64,000 nt of DNA from an uncultured delta proteobacterium. Lineage in GTDB: Bacteria > Desulfobacterota > Binatia > UBA9968. Shown piece by piece: positions 1 through 12,393 of this stretch. How positions within the stretch are numbered: position 1 is the stretch's first letter; each line of letters begins with the position of its first letter. Made by a program: the position numbers and the translations under genes. The notes beneath the pieces were generated by a model. That model was given only the letters and a program-made list of their open reading frames with translations, made no database searches and was not told the origin of the DNA. Location: assembly GCA_963755715.1 (NCBI GenBank), contig CAVWLW010000025.1:94367-158366 (forward strand), read 5' to 3'.

Positions 1-387
1 ATGCACGAGCTGCGGTTTTATGCCTCGGTCGCGATACTGGGTTTCCAGAATCCCGAGCACCGATTCTTTTTTGCTGACGGTTTTGCCTTCGTGCACCGCA
101 ATGCCTGCGCGCTTGTTGAGCACGAGCAGCGCATTGTCTTCGTAAATGATATCGAGCTTTGTCAGAGCGGGGCGTGGCTTGAACGTTTCGGCAGGCTTTT
201 CGAAATCGATATAAAGCTGGATCCGGTCACCAGCCCGGACTAAGTCCTCAGGCTTGGCGCGCCGGCCGTTGAGGCGCACGCTATTTTTTCGAAACAGCTT
301 TCGAACGTAACCGATTGGGAACTGTTTTTTTAGGAAGTTCTCGAGCTTTTTGACCGTCTCATTGTTCGGCAGGGCGATTTCGCGCAT
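1..387 (-). CDS. RluA-family pseudouridine synthase (S4 domain plus start of catalytic domain), truncated by the window edge
   Basis: Hand translation from ATG 387 gives MREIALPNNETVKKLENFLKKQF...VRKLFRKNSVRLNGRRAKPEDLVRAGDRI...DIIYEDNALLVLNKRAGIAVH...PQLVH, stopping just before the expected RLD motif. Not in the ORF track. Confidence 0.85.
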   Translation of the reverse strand, partial: MREIALPNNETVKKLENFLKKQFPIGYVRKLFRKNSVRLNGRRAKPEDLVRAGDRIQLYIDFEKPAETFKPRPALTKLDIIYEDNALLVLNKRAGIAVHEGKTVSKKESVLGILETQYRDRGIKPQLVH

Positions 388-477
388 GACCTTCAAACAA
401 ATACCGGCAGAAACCGATGGCAGTCAAGGCTAGGCGGCGCCAATATTTGCAATTCTCTAGTTGTTAAGCTAGGTTAC

Positions 478-1610
478 GTGGATGGCGCCAAGGCATTCAG
501 CCTTGTTGGTCCGCGCCGGGCGAGGTTGTCATTGAGTCGTAATGAGTCGGTCGATGTTCTTAGACAAAAAATCGATCAAATTGATGCTAAAGTCGTTAAC
601 CTGCTAAATGATCGGGCTTCTCTGGCGCAGAGGATTGGCCAAACCAAGAGCCTAAGCAGTCAAGAGGTTTACGTCCCCCATCGGGAGAAAGAAATTCTCC
701 AAAGGGTCCGTGATTTAAATCGCGGGCCCCTCTCAGCGCAAGTCGTCGCGGCGGTTTTTCGGGAAATCATTTCCGGTTGTCGTTCGCTGGAAGAGCCGTT
801 GCGCGTGGCTTTCTTCGGAGCCGAAGCAACTTATACCCATCTGGCCGCTCGAGAGAAATTCGGTTCCTCAGCCGACCTGCGATCGACGGCCAGCATCCCG
901 GAAGTCTTTCAGGAAGTCAGCCAGGGCAGAGCGACCTTCGGCGTGGTGCCGATCGAGAACTCGACCGAAGGCGCGGTCACGCATACTTTTGATTTACTGG
1001 TCGATTCCGACTTGCAGATTTGCGCGGAAATATATTTGGACATTCATCACAATTTGCTTTCCCGCTCGGGCAAAGGACGCTGACGTGCAGCGAATTATTT
1101 CCCATCCTCAGGCATTGGCGCAGTGCCGCGGGATGGTTGGCGCGGCGCTTCCCTTCGATCCCGGTCGACGAAGTCGCGAGCACCGCCCACGCCGCGATGA
1201 AGGCCGCGAAAGACGGCTCCTTGGCGGCGATTTCAAGCGCCATGGCCAAGGAAGTTTACAATCTGCAAACAGTCGCGGCCAATATCGAGGACCAGAGCAA
1301 TAATATTACTCGCTTTGTGGTGATCGGTAAGATGCGCACGAAGCCGAGCAGGGACGACAAGACGTCATTGGTATTTTCCGTCCAAGACAAACCGGGCGTG
1401 CTGCATCAGATGCTGCAACCTTTTGCGCGCAGCCGTATTAACCTGACCAAAATCGAATCACGGCCGATCAAAAACAAACCGTGGGAATATCTGTTTTTTC
1501 TCGATATGCGCGGCCACCGCGAGCAGAGCGCGGTAAAAAAAGCGATCGCCGGATTAGAGAAGAATTGCCTGTTTCTGAAAATCTTGGGGTCCTATCCGAG
1601 CGGCAAATGA
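478..1610 (+). CDS. pheA: Chorismate mutase/prephenate dehydratase; two apparent frameshifts (~1072, ~1130); start may be TTG 532
   Basis: LRQKIDQIDAKVVNLLNDRA (CM domain), GVVPIENSTEG, ISHPQALAQC, NITRFVVIG and INLTKIESRP (ACT domain) lie across three frames. Confidence 0.93.
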
Positions 1611-2704
1611 AAATCGTCGATCAAGTGCCGGAATACATTCGCTCGTTGATCCCGTACGAGCCGGGCAAGCCGATCGAAGAAGTCGAGCGCGAGTACGGCA
1701 TCTCCGACTCGGTGAAACTCGCTTCCAATGAAAATCCGCTGGGCCCGTCGCCCAAGGCGTTGGCCGCGATCCGCGACAAGATGGCTCAGTTGCATCTCTA
1801 TCCGGATGGAGATTGTTTTTATTTGAAACAAGGCTTGTCGAAAAAACTCGGCGTGGCGCCGGAAAGTCTCATTTTTGGCAACGGCTCCAATGAAATCATC
1901 GAATTGGCCGTGCGCACATTCATGCGCGCCGGCGACGAGGCGGTGATGGCGCGCCAAGCTTTCGTGGTTTACAACCTGGTGGTCCAAGCAACGGGCGGTA
2001 AAGCCAAGGCGGTAGCGCTGCGCGATTACACGCACGATCTGGCGGCCATCGGCGCTGCGATCACGCCGCAGACCAAACTGGTGTTGCTCGCCAATCCAAA
2101 TAATCCGACCGGAACGATCTACCGGCGCGAAGAGTGGGAGCGTTTTCTCGACAAAATATCGCGCGATGTGCTGCTACTGGTCGACGAAGCTTATTTCGAA
2201 TACGTGGAAGACGCCGGCTACCCGAACTCGCTCGAATATCACGCGGCGGACCGGGCGATTTTAACGTTGCGCACCTTTTCGAAATTGTACGGGTTGGCGG
2301 GCTTGCGCATCGGCTACGGCGTCGGCGCGAAGGAATTGATCGCTATGATGCAGCGGGTGCGCCAGCCGTTCAACGTGAACGCGCCGGCGCAGTGGGCGGC
2401 TTTGGCGGCGCTCGATGATGCCGAGCATGTGCGCCGCAGCTTAGCGGTGAACCGCCAAGGGATCGATTACCTGCAAAAAGAATTCACCAGACTCGGATTG
2501 GAGTTCGTGCCGACATGCGCCAATTTCATCTTGGTGCGCGTGGGCAAAGGGCAAGAAGTATTCAATCGACTGCTCAGCCAGGGCGTCATCGTCCGGCCCA
2601 TGGCCGGCTATCAGTTTCCCGAGCATGTTCGGGTGACGGTGGGAACGATGGCGGAGAACGAAAAATTTATCGCCGCCCTGGAAAAGGTGATCAAAACTTT
2701 TTGA
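1607..2704 (+). CDS. hisC: Histidinol-phosphate aminotransferase
   Basis: KLASNENPLGPSP, NPNNPTG, DEAY and RTFSKLYGLAGLRIGY (PLP lysine). ATG overlaps the pheA stop. Confidence 0.95.
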   Translation: MKIVDQVPEYIRSLIPYEPGKPIEEVEREYGISDSVKLASNENPLGPSPKALAAIRDKMAQLHLYPDGDCFYLKQGLSKKLGVAPESLIFGNGSNEIIELAVRTFMRAGDEAVMARQAFVVYNLVVQATGGKAKAVALRDYTHDLAAIGAAITPQTKLVLLANPNNPTGTIYRREEWERFLDKISRDVLLLVDEAYFEYVEDAGYPNSLEYHAADRAILTLRTFSKLYGLAGLRIGYGVGAKELIAMMQRVRQPFNVNAPAQWAALAALDDAEHVRRSLAVNRQGIDYLQKEFTRLGLEFVPTCANFILVRVGKGQEVFNRLLSQGVIVRPMAGYQFPEHVRVTVGTMAENEKFIAALEKVIKTF

Positions 2705-2732
2705 GCCAGGAAGCTCAGGACAGAGATATCGA

Positions 2733-3596
2733 ATGGCCGTGATGTTTCAAAAGATGGTGATAGCGGGAGTGGGACTGATCTGCGGATCCCTGGCCTTGGA
2801 TCTGCGCCGCCATAAGCTCGTCAAAGAGATCGTCGGCTACGGCCGCGGTGAAGGCAATCTTCGCCTCGCCAAGAAAAACGGCATCATCGACAGCTATTTT
2901 TTAGGCGGCGAAGAATTTCCTACCGGCGTCGATTTCCTGATGATGGGCACGCCGGTGGAAACGATCGTTCCTCTCACCAAAACCTTTCTTCCAAAGCTCG
3001 AGCCGGGGTGCGTCATCAGCGACGTGGGCAGCGTGAAAGGCGAGATCGTGCGCGGCATGGAGCGTCTCTTGCCCAAAGACATTTATTTCGTTGCCGGCCA
3101 TCCGATCGCGGGCAGCGAGCAGTGGGGTGCTCAAGCGGCTCGCCGCGATCTCTTCGTGCGCCATCGTTGTATTCTCACGCCGACCCGTCGGACCGATCGG
3201 CAGGCGCTGGAAAAAATCGCGGCGCTCTGGAAAAAAGTCGGCGCCGAAGTCGAGATCATGGATCCACGCACGCACGATCGTCTGCTTGGCGTGATCAGTC
3301 ATTTGCCCCATGTTTTGGTGTATGCTTTGGTGAACGCCCTCGAACGCACGCCGCTGGACGGTATCGAGTTGAAGAAATACTGCGCCGGTGGTTTCAAAGA
3401 TTTCACGCGTATCGCTTCGAGCCGCCCCGAGCTATGGCGCGATATTTGTTTGATGAACCGCCAAGCACTCGGCAGATCCCTGGGCGATTACATTCATTAT
3501 CTGGAGCGACTGCATCGTTGGATTGAAGACGGCGCGGGCGCGCGGCTGGAAAAAGAGTTTACTCGGGCTTACGAGATACGGAGCGAGATCCCTTAA
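2733..3596 (+). CDS. tyrA: Prephenate/arogenate dehydrogenase
   Basis: GVGLICGS Rossmann motif, DVGSVK, GHPIAGSE, HDRLLGVISHLPH, GGFKDFTRIASS. Confidence 0.93.
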   Translation: MAVMFQKMVIAGVGLICGSLALDLRRHKLVKEIVGYGRGEGNLRLAKKNGIIDSYFLGGEEFPTGVDFLMMGTPVETIVPLTKTFLPKLEPGCVISDVGSVKGEIVRGMERLLPKDIYFVAGHPIAGSEQWGAQAARRDLFVRHRCILTPTRRTDRQALEKIAALWKKVGAEVEIMDPRTHDRLLGVISHLPHVLVYALVNALERTPLDGIELKKYCAGGFKDFTRIASSRPELWRDICLMNRQALGRSLGDYIHYLERLHRWIEDGAGARLEKEFTRAYEIRSEIP

Positions 3597-3605
3597 CGTT
3601 GGATC

Positions 3606-4896
<1,291 letters not shown>

Positions 4897-4937
4897 GGGA
4901 TGAGACTTGTGATAGTCGGCGCGACGAGGGAGGACGG

Positions 4938-5622
4938 TTGATCATCGCCATCGATGGACCGTCCGGGGCCGGCAAGAGTACATTGGCAAAACGCCTGGCG
5001 AAAGAGCTTGGCTTTATCTACGTGGACACCGGCGCGATGTACCGGGCACTGGCTCTCAAGGTCTTGCGTGAAGGAGTTGATTTGGCGGATGATGCGAGCA
5101 TGGCTCGATTGATCGGATCGACCACGATCGATTTGCGGCAAGTCGAGCGGCGCGCTTCAAGTTTTGCTGGACGGCGCGGACGTCGCCGCCGAGATTCGCA
5201 CGCCGCAGGTGAGCCAGATGGCGTCCAAGGCCTCGGCCTTGGGAGCCGTGCGCGCGCGCTTGCTCGAATTGCAGCGTGACATGGCCCGGCGCGGCAGCAT
5301 TGTCGCCGAAGGGCGCGATATCGGCACAGTGGTTTTTCCTCAGGCGGAAGTCAAGATTTTTTTACAGGCTTCCGCTGCCGAGCGTGCGCGGCGGCGCTTT
5401 GCCGAGTTGCAGGGCGCCGGTCAGTCCGTGGACCTGACGGAGACCTTGCGCGAAATCGAGGAGCGCGACAAACGAGACAGCGAAAGAGATCTGGCGCCGC
5501 TGCTCCAAGCGGATGACGCTCTAATGATCGATTCATCGAGCTTCGATGCCGATCAGGTGACGGCGCGAGTGTTGGCGCACATTCGTACGAAGACAAGAGA
5601 AAATCAAATAGATCGGAGTTAG
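4938..5622 (+). CDS. cmk: Cytidylate kinase; frameshift ~5145
   Basis: TTG start after GGAGG. Motifs [39 protein letters not shown]. Confidence 0.93.
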
Positions 5623-5627
5623 TTTGC

Positions 5628-7373
5628 ATGGCTGAACAGGATGAACAAAGGCAAGGCACAGCGGCAGGCGGTGCCAGCGAATTCGAAGCGATGTTTGAAG
5701 AGAGCCTGCGCACAGTCAAGCCCGGCGGGGTCGTCAAAGGCAGGGTGGTTGGTATCACGGCGACTCATGTGCTGATCGATGTCGGCTACAAATCCGAAGG
5801 GCAGATTCCCATCCAGGAATTCACTGACCGGCAAGGAAATGTGCAAGTCAAGGTCGGCGATGACGTCGATGTTTATTTCGACTCTTCTGAAGGCGAGGGC
5901 GGCGGCATCGTGTTGTCGCGCCAACGAGCGGAGAATCTCAAAGTCTGGGAGGACCTGGAGAAGGCATTCAACGAAGAACAAGGTATCGAGGGTCATATCG
6001 TCGGCAAGGTCAAAGGCGGCTTCAAGGTCGATGTCGGTGTGCCCGCGTTTCTGCCCGGTTCGCACGTGGATATTCGCCCGAGCCGCAATCTCGACCGCTT
6101 CATCGGCACGACTGATCGCTTTGCCATTCTCAAGTTTAACCGAGCGCGCGGTAATGTCGTCGTTTCGCGCCGAGCTCTACTCGAGAAAGAACGGGAAACA
6201 CTAAAGAAGGATATTCTCAAAGTATTGGAAGAGGGCGTCATTCTCGAAGGCACAGTTAAAAACATTACGGGTTACGGCGCCTTCGTCGATCTCGGCGGCA
6301 TCGACGGTATTCTCCATATCAGCGACATGTCCTGGGGACGGATCAATCATCCCTCCGAAATCGTCGAGGTCGGCGCTAAAATCCAAGTCGTCGTGCTCAA
6401 ATTCGACACGGAGAAGGAACGTATCTCCTTGGGCATGAAACAGCTCACTCCCGACCCATGGCACACCGTGGCGGAAAAGTATCCGATCGGAGCGCGTGTG
6501 CAGGGCAAGGTGATCAGCCTGATGGATTACGGCGCCTTCGTGGAGTTGGAAAGCGGTATCGAAGGCTTGGTGCACATTTCCGAGATGTCGTGGACGCGCA
6601 AGGTGACGCACCCGTCGAAACTTCTCCAGGTCGGCCAGGAGGTCGAGGTGGTGGTTTTGAACGTCGATCCGGGACACCGGAGAATCTCCCTAGGCCTCAA
6701 GCAGATTATGGCCAATCCTTGGGAGGCGGCCAGAGAAAAATATCCTGTCGGCAGCATCGTCAAGGGACCGGTGCGCAATATTACCGACTTTGGCATCTTC
6801 GTCGGTATCGAAGAGGGCATCGACGGTCTCGTGCATATCTCGGATCTGCATTGGACCAAGAAACTCAAGCATCCCTCCGAGTTGTTTAAAAAAGGCGATA
6901 TCGTCGAGGCCAAAGTTCTTGGCGTCAACGTTGAAAACGAGCGATTTTCACTTGGTATCAAACAGCTTGCACCCGATCCCTGGAAGGTCGTCGCCGACCG
7001 CCATCCAGTGGGCTCCAAAATCAAAGGCCAGGTGACGAGCGTGCCGGACTTCGGTGTTTTTGTGCGCATCGAAGAGGGCGTCGAAGGGCTGATTCACGTT
7101 TCCCAGCTCAGCACCGAACGAGTCGACAAGCCATCGAGCTTGTTCAAGGTCGGTGACGAAGTCGAAGCCGAGGTTGTCAGCATCGATCCTGGCGATCGTA
7201 AGATCGGGCTCAGCGTCCGGGCGCTGCGCCGCACGGAAGAGCGCCAAGAAATGGAAAGCTATTTGAAGCGCGAAAAAGAGGGCTCGCGATTTTCCTTCGA
7301 GTCGCTCTTGGGCGACGAACTGCGGCTGGATAAAGATGATGACGCCCAGAGCGGCCGCAAAGGCCGCGGCTAG
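5628..7373 (+). CDS. rpsA: 30S ribosomal protein S1
   Basis: Six S1 repeats (DVGYKSEG, YGAFVDLGGIDGILHISDMSW and others); conserved cmk-rpsA order. Confidence 0.97.
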   Translation: MAEQDEQRQGTAAGGASEFEAMFEESLRTVKPGGVVKGRVVGITATHVLIDVGYKSEGQIPIQEFTDRQGNVQVKVGDDVDVYFDSSEGEGGGIVLSRQRAENLKVWEDLEKAFNEEQGIEGHIVGKVKGGFKVDVGVPAFLPGSHVDIRPSRNLDRFIGTTDRFAILKFNRARGNVVVSRRALLEKERETLKKDILKVLEEGVILEGTVKNITGYGAFVDLGGIDGILHISDMSWGRINHPSEIVEVGAKIQVVVLKFDTEKERISLGMKQLTPDPWHTVAEKYPIGARVQGKVISLMDYGAFVELESGIEGLVHISEMSWTRKVTHPSKLLQVGQEVEVVVLNVDPGHRRISLGLKQIMANPWEAAREKYPVGSIVKGPVRNITDFGIFVGIEEGIDGLVHISDLHWTKKLKHPSELFKKGDIVEAKVLGVNVENERFSLGIKQLAPDPWKVVADRHPVGSKIKGQVTSVPDFGVFVRIEEGVEGLIHVSQLSTERVDKPSSLFKVGDEVEAEVVSIDPGDRKIGLSVRALRRTEERQEMESYLKREKEGSRFSFESLLGDELRLDKDDDAQSGRKGRG

Positions 7374-7387
7374 TTTCGGCTAAGCTT

Positions 7388-8287
7388 ATGACCAAGAAAT
7401 TTTCTATATTGCGCGGGCTTGGATTGTTGTTCGTTTTTATCCTGGTGGTCTTTACCGGAGTTTTCTTTTACGCCTACATCACCGGCGGGGATTCCAAAGC
7501 GTTGTCGCTTTTTTCCGGTGACGGCGTCGGCGTTCTGCAAATCGATGGCGCGATCGACGACTCTCGGAGCGTGCTCATCGAGTTGAAGCGCCTCAAAGAA
7601 ATGCCATGGGTGAAGGCCGTGGTGGTTCGGATCGACTCGCCCGGCGGCGCCGTGGCGCCGACCCAGGAGATCTTCGAAGAGATTCAACGATCGAAAAAGC
7701 AAAAACCGTTTATCGCCTCTATGGGCGGCATGGCGACCTCGGGCGGCTACTACATCGCGGCCGCGTGCGACAAGATCGTCGCCAATCCCGGCACGTTGAC
7801 CGGGTCGATCGGCGTGATCATGCAACTCACCAACCTGGAAGAGTTGATGAAAAAAGTCGGCGTCAAAGGACTCAACATCAAAAGTGGCGCGAATAAGGAC
7901 CTCGGCTCGCCCTTTCAAGCTATTTCGCCGGAAGGACGGGAGATTCTTCAATCGCTGGTGGACAACGTCCACAGTCAGTTTGTCGCCGCCGTGGCCAAAG
8001 GCAGAGGCATGAACGAGGGTCAGGTACGCAAGCTTGCCGACGGCCGAGTGTATTCCGGCGCGCAAGCAAAGGACCTAGGGTTGATTGATCAGTTTGGCAC
8101 CTTGGAAGATGCCATCGAGCTGGCGGCCAGACGCGCGGGACTCGAAGGCGAGCCCGCGGTTTATTATTCCCGTCCGGAACAAGAGCGCTGGTGGGAGCGC
8201 ATGTTCATGGGGGTATTTGGCCGTCGACTGCCGGGAACCGATCGCGGTTGGCTCCGATACGAGTGGTCACCGGCGCTCCTTCAATAG
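7388..8287 (+). CDS. sppA: Signal peptide peptidase SppA (S49)
   Basis: N-terminal TM, RIDSPGG, ATSGGYYIA, GTLTGSIGVI, ADGRVYSG. Confidence 0.92.
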   Translation: MTKKFSILRGLGLLFVFILVVFTGVFFYAYITGGDSKALSLFSGDGVGVLQIDGAIDDSRSVLIELKRLKEMPWVKAVVVRIDSPGGAVAPTQEIFEEIQRSKKQKPFIASMGGMATSGGYYIAAACDKIVANPGTLTGSIGVIMQLTNLEELMKKVGVKGLNIKSGANKDLGSPFQAISPEGREILQSLVDNVHSQFVAAVAKGRGMNEGQVRKLADGRVYSGAQAKDLGLIDQFGTLEDAIELAARRAGLEGEPAVYYSRPEQERWWERMFMGVFGRRLPGTDRGWLRYEWSPALLQ

Positions 8288-8351
8288 CGCGCGCCGTCAT
8301 CTTTAATCAGATCCATTTGAAATTATCTTCTACGGTTGTGAGGGCGATGAT

Positions 8352-8666
8352 ATGACGAAAAGGGATTTAATCGATGAGGTCAACAAAAGGTTTCCTCATC
8401 TGTCGCGGCGGGATTCGGAGGTCATCATTAATGCGATTTTCGATTCGATGGTCGACGCGTTGGCTCAAGGAGACCGCATCGAGATTCGCGGTTTTGGCAG
8501 CTTCGTCGTCAAGCATCGGCGCGCGCGCCAGGGGCGCAATCCCAAGAGCGGCGCGTTAGTTTCGGTCGCCGCCAAAAAAGTGCCGTTCTTCAAAGTCGGC
8601 AAAGAGCTGCGTTTGCGCGTCGACGGCAAGCCTTACGATCCGAGCGAAGACGGAGAGGATGAGTGA
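8352..8666 (+). CDS. ihfB: Integration host factor beta subunit
   Basis: MTKRDLI...GDRIEIRGFGSF...GRNPKSG...VPFFKVGKELR; rpsA-sppA-ihfB synteny. Confidence 0.9.
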   Translation: MTKRDLIDEVNKRFPHLSRRDSEVIINAIFDSMVDALAQGDRIEIRGFGSFVVKHRRARQGRNPKSGALVSVAAKKVPFFKVGKELRLRVDGKPYDPSEDGEDE

Positions 8667-9154
8667 AACAGCTTTGGGCGCCTTGGCGGATGGCCTATAT
8701 CAATGACGACGCCAAGGATGCGGGCTGTATTTTCTGCACCCTCTATCGCCAAGACGACCAAAGAGCTGCGCTGGTGCTAGCCCAAACCAGCCACTCGGTC
8801 GTCATGATGAACAAGTATCCCTATAACAACGGACACCTGTTGCTGGCTCCCAAGCGTCACGAAAATAATCCCGACAAGTTACCGAGCGAGGAATTTATCG
8901 ATCTCAACGAAGCATTACGCCGCTCCATCGAGATCGTTCGCAGCGCGTTTCATCCCGGCGGCATCAACTTGGGGATGAATCTCGGCAAGTGCGCCGGCGC
9001 TGGGATCGAGGATCATCTGCATTGGCACATCGTGCCGCGCTGGGAAGGGGATACCAATTTTATGCCCGTCATCGCCGAGACGCGTGTGATGCCACAGCAT
9101 TTGCTCGATAGTTATGACCGCTTGCAACCATTCTTTCGCGAGCTTGTCGGTTAA
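8663..9154 (+). CDS. HIT-family nucleotide hydrolase (Ap4A phosphorylase-like)
   Basis: LWAPWR, CIFC, NKYPYNNGH and the HLHWHIVPRW histidine triad. Confidence 0.9.
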   Translation: MKQLWAPWRMAYINDDAKDAGCIFCTLYRQDDQRAALVLAQTSHSVVMMNKYPYNNGHLLLAPKRHENNPDKLPSEEFIDLNEALRRSIEIVRSAFHPGGINLGMNLGKCAGAGIEDHLHWHIVPRWEGDTNFMPVIAETRVMPQHLLDSYDRLQPFFRELVG

Positions 9155-9247
9155 TCTGATAGCTGAAACATGATAATTTGATGTAAGATGGGTGGTAAAA
9201 TCGGCGCAAGCTTGAGAATCAATATCTTTAAGGGGAGGCCAGAGCAC

Positions 9248-10647
9248 GTGAGCGAGGCAAAAACATTAGGTGAACTCAAAAAAAGCGGTGTGAAAGTTTT
9301 ACCGGTGCGCGAGGAAATGCGTAAGAATCTCGTGCGTCACCTGGAAAGCGGCGAACGGATTCTACCGGGCATCGTCGGTTATGACGAAACGGTTATCCCG
9401 GAAATCGAAAACGCCATACTCTCCGGCCATCACATGGTCTTCCTAGGCGAGCGGGGCCAGGGCAAGTCGCGCATAATTCGCGGTTTGCTCAGCTTGCTCG
9501 ACGAACGCATCCCGATCGTTCATGGCTGCGAGATCAATGATAATCCTTACAATCCGATTTGCCGCGCCCTGCCGCAAGAAAGCGGCCGAGCTTGGCGACG
9601 CACTGCCGCTGCAATGGGTCGATCGCGATCATCGCTACGGGGAAAAATTGGCGACTCCGGACGTGTCGATCGCCGATCTCGTCGGCGAAATCGACCCGAT
9701 CAAAGTTGCCGAGGGCCGTTATCTCGCGGACGAAGAAACCATCCACTACGGCTTGGTGCCGCGCACCAATCGCGGCGTCTTTGCCATCAACGAGCTGCCC
9801 GATTTGACGGAAAAGGTGCAAGTCGGTTTGTTCAACCTGATGGAAGAAAAAGACGTGCAGATCAAAGGTTACAAGATTCGCTTGCCTCTCGACGTCATCA
9901 TCGTCGCCAGCGCCAATCCGGAGGATTACACTAGCCGCGGCCGGATCATCACGCCGCTCAAGGACCGCTTCGACGTGCAGATTCGCACCCATTATCCGAA
10001 AAAGATCGAAGACGAACTCGGCATCATGGAGCAGGAGTCGGCGCCGACAAACCAGCGCAGCCGCAAAGTCGACGTGCCGCGCTTCATGAAGGAGATCCTC
10101 GGCCATCTCACTTTCGAGGCGCGCAAGTCGAACGAAATCAATCAGTCCTCGGGCGTCAGCGTACGCGTCACGATCAACAATTACGAAAGTTTGATCAGCA
10201 ATGCCGAAAAGCGCTCGCTGCGCTGCAAGGAAAACGAAGTCGTGCCGCGCAGTCAGCGATTTGCACGCGATCTTGGCCTCGACCAACGGCAAAATCGAAA
10301 TGGAGTACGTCGGCGAGGACAAGAAGGAGGATGAGCTGGTCGAGAAGCTGATCAATCGATCGATTATCAAAGTTTTCGATCAATACTTCAGTCTCAACTC
10401 GCTGCAGAAAGTTGTCGAATATTTCAATTCCGGTTGGGGTGTCGAAGTTTCCGATCAAATGGCATCGCAAGATTATCTGGAAGGCATCAAGGAGATTCCC
10501 GGCTTGAAAGAGGCAATCAAAACCCTCGCCATTTCAGAATCGCCGGAGCTGATGGCGTCCGCAACCGAATTTGTCCTCGAAGGGCTCCATCTGCACCAGA
10601 AGCTCAACAAAGAGATGGAGGGTGGCCGAGTCACGTACGGCAAGTAG
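9248..10647 (+). CDS. Mg-chelatase-like AAA+ ATPase (Rv0958-type); frameshifts ~9565 and ~10250
   Basis: GTG after GGAGG. Walker A GERGQGKS, EKLATPD, INELPDL, SANPEDYTSRGRIITPLKDRF. Confidence 0.85.
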
Positions 10648-10687
10648 CCTTTCCATTCTTCTGAACAAGGCTCTTTAAGCGCAGCCA

Positions 10688-12280
10688 ATGGTTCATATCC
10701 GTTACAGCCGCTGGGATGGTCGAAAGCGGGATTCGCTCGATGCCGATTCCGTATTCGATCAATTGAACGACTACATGAACGACACCGGCGATCTGCAGCA
10801 AGCGATGCGCCGTTTGATGCAGAAGGGCATTAAAGACGGCGAGAAGCAAACCAAAGGGCTCGAAGATCTCTTGTCGCAAGTGGCGCGCGAGATGCGCAAG
10901 CTCTATGACGAGTACCGCCTGCAATCGGCGATGGATGAGGTGCAGGACCAGCTCGATTCTGTCGTCGATCAGGAGCGCCAGACCCTCGAAGAGATGGATC
11001 AAACGGGAAACGACGTCCAGGATAAGAAACAATTTCTCAACGATCTGCCGGGCAAAACCAGCGAAGCCATCGAAAAGCTTACTTCTTACTCGTTCGAAAA
11101 CGCCGAGGCGGAAAAAGATTTTCAGCAATTGGTGATGCAGCTCGAGCAAATCCGCAAACTGGAAAACTGGCTGCGCCGCGAAGGCAGCCTGTTTCGCGGT
11201 CAGACGCCGGTCGAATTTCAGCAATCGCAAGAGCTCATGGAGCGGATGGAGGATCTACGCAAGCTGGAATCGCAGCTTTCCAGCATGCAACTCAGGGACG
11301 TCGACAAGGAGTTGCTGGAAAAACTTCTCGGCGGCGATCCCAAGCAGGACTTCGAAGGCGTGATGCGCATGCAATCGCTGCTCGAAGAGGGCGGTTACGT
11401 TCTCGAGCAAGGCGAGCGCTTCGATTTGACGCCCAAGGGCGTGCGCCGGGTCGGCCATCTTGCGCTGCGCGACATCTACCGGCAGTTGCGCCGCGACGGC
11501 ATGGGACGACATACGACGCGCAATCGCGGCAGCCAGGAGATGATCCTCGAAACCAGCCGGCCCTATGTGCAAGGCGATCCGTTTCACATCAACATGATTC
11601 AGACGCTCAAGAATGGTCTGCTGCGCGGCGGCGGCGTGCCGGTACGGATTAGCCCAAGTGATTTTGCGGTGTATGAGTCGGAGTACAATACCCGCGCGGC
11701 GACCGTGCTGCTTTTGGACATGAGCTGGTCGATGAGTTGGGAAGGCCGTTTTGCCGCGGCGAAAAAAGTCGCATTGGCGATGGAGAGTCTGGTGCGTTCG
11801 CTTCATCCGCGCGATTATTTCGGCATCGTCGGTTTCTTTACCCGCGCCGTTGAGCTCAAGGCGAAAGATTTGCCGCAGGCAACCTGGAACATGGGCGATC
11901 CCTTTACCAATTTGCAGGATGGCTTGCATTTGGCGACCGAAATGCTCGGCAAAAAACCCAGCGCCAACCAGCAAATGATCGTCATCACCGACGGGCAGCC
12001 GACCGCTTATTGCCGCCAGGGAAGGCTTTATTGCGAATGGCCGTTGAGCTTCGGCGGCATCAGCCAGCGCGCCGCGGAAGAAACTTTAAAAGAAGTCGAG
12101 CGCATTACGCGCAAAGGCATCACCATCAATACTTTCATGCTCGACGATAGCGCGATTTTACGCGGCTTCGTCGACGACCTAACCCGCATCAATAAGGGCC
12201 GTGCCTTTTACACCCGCCCCGATCGGCTCGGAGAATATCTCCTGGTCGACTATCTCGCGCATCAACGAAAAAAAGTTTAA
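10688..12280 (+). CDS. VWA-domain protein, probable partner of the AAA+ ATPase (Rv0959-type)
   Basis: RYSRWDG N-terminus; MIDAS-like DMSWSM, TNLQDGL, ITDGQPT. Confidence 0.85.
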   Translation: MVHIRYSRWDGRKRDSLDADSVFDQLNDYMNDTGDLQQAMRRLMQKGIKDGEKQTKGLEDLLSQVAREMRKLYDEYRLQSAMDEVQDQLDSVVDQERQTLEEMDQTGNDVQDKKQFLNDLPGKTSEAIEKLTSYSFENAEAEKDFQQLVMQLEQIRKLENWLRREGSLFRGQTPVEFQQSQELMERMEDLRKLESQLSSMQLRDVDKELLEKLLGGDPKQDFEGVMRMQSLLEEGGYVLEQGERFDLTPKGVRRVGHLALRDIYRQLRRDGMGRHTTRNRGSQEMILETSRPYVQGDPFHINMIQTLKNGLLRGGGVPVRISPSDFAVYESEYNTRAATVLLLDMSWSMSWEGRFAAAKKVALAMESLVRSLHPRDYFGIVGFFTRAVELKAKDLPQATWNMGDPFTNLQDGLHLATEMLGKKPSANQQMIVITDGQPTAYCRQGRLYCEWPLSFGGISQRAAEETLKEVERITRKGITINTFMLDDSAILRGFVDDLTRINKGRAFYTRPDRLGEYLLVDYLAHQRKKV

Positions 12281-12295
12281 CGCGTCAGCGCATTA

Positions 12296-12365
12296 AACCG
12301 TTCCAGTCGTTTCAATAGTTCCAACGTTCCAATTCTAACCTCCTTCAAGTAGTTCCAGCTGTTTT
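12296..12365. repeat. Degenerate 8-9-bp tandem repeat array (nGTTCCAnT)
   Basis: CGTTCCAGT CGTTTCAAT AGTTCCAA CGTTCCAAT ... CCTTCAAGT AGTTCCAGC. Confidence 0.7.
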
Positions 12366-12393
12366 TCGTCGTCACAAAATATCGCTTTCAGAG

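Noticed and set aside
1-243. Plus-strand 80-aa ORF
   Set aside because: It is the antisense shadow of the RluA-family gene on the minus strand.
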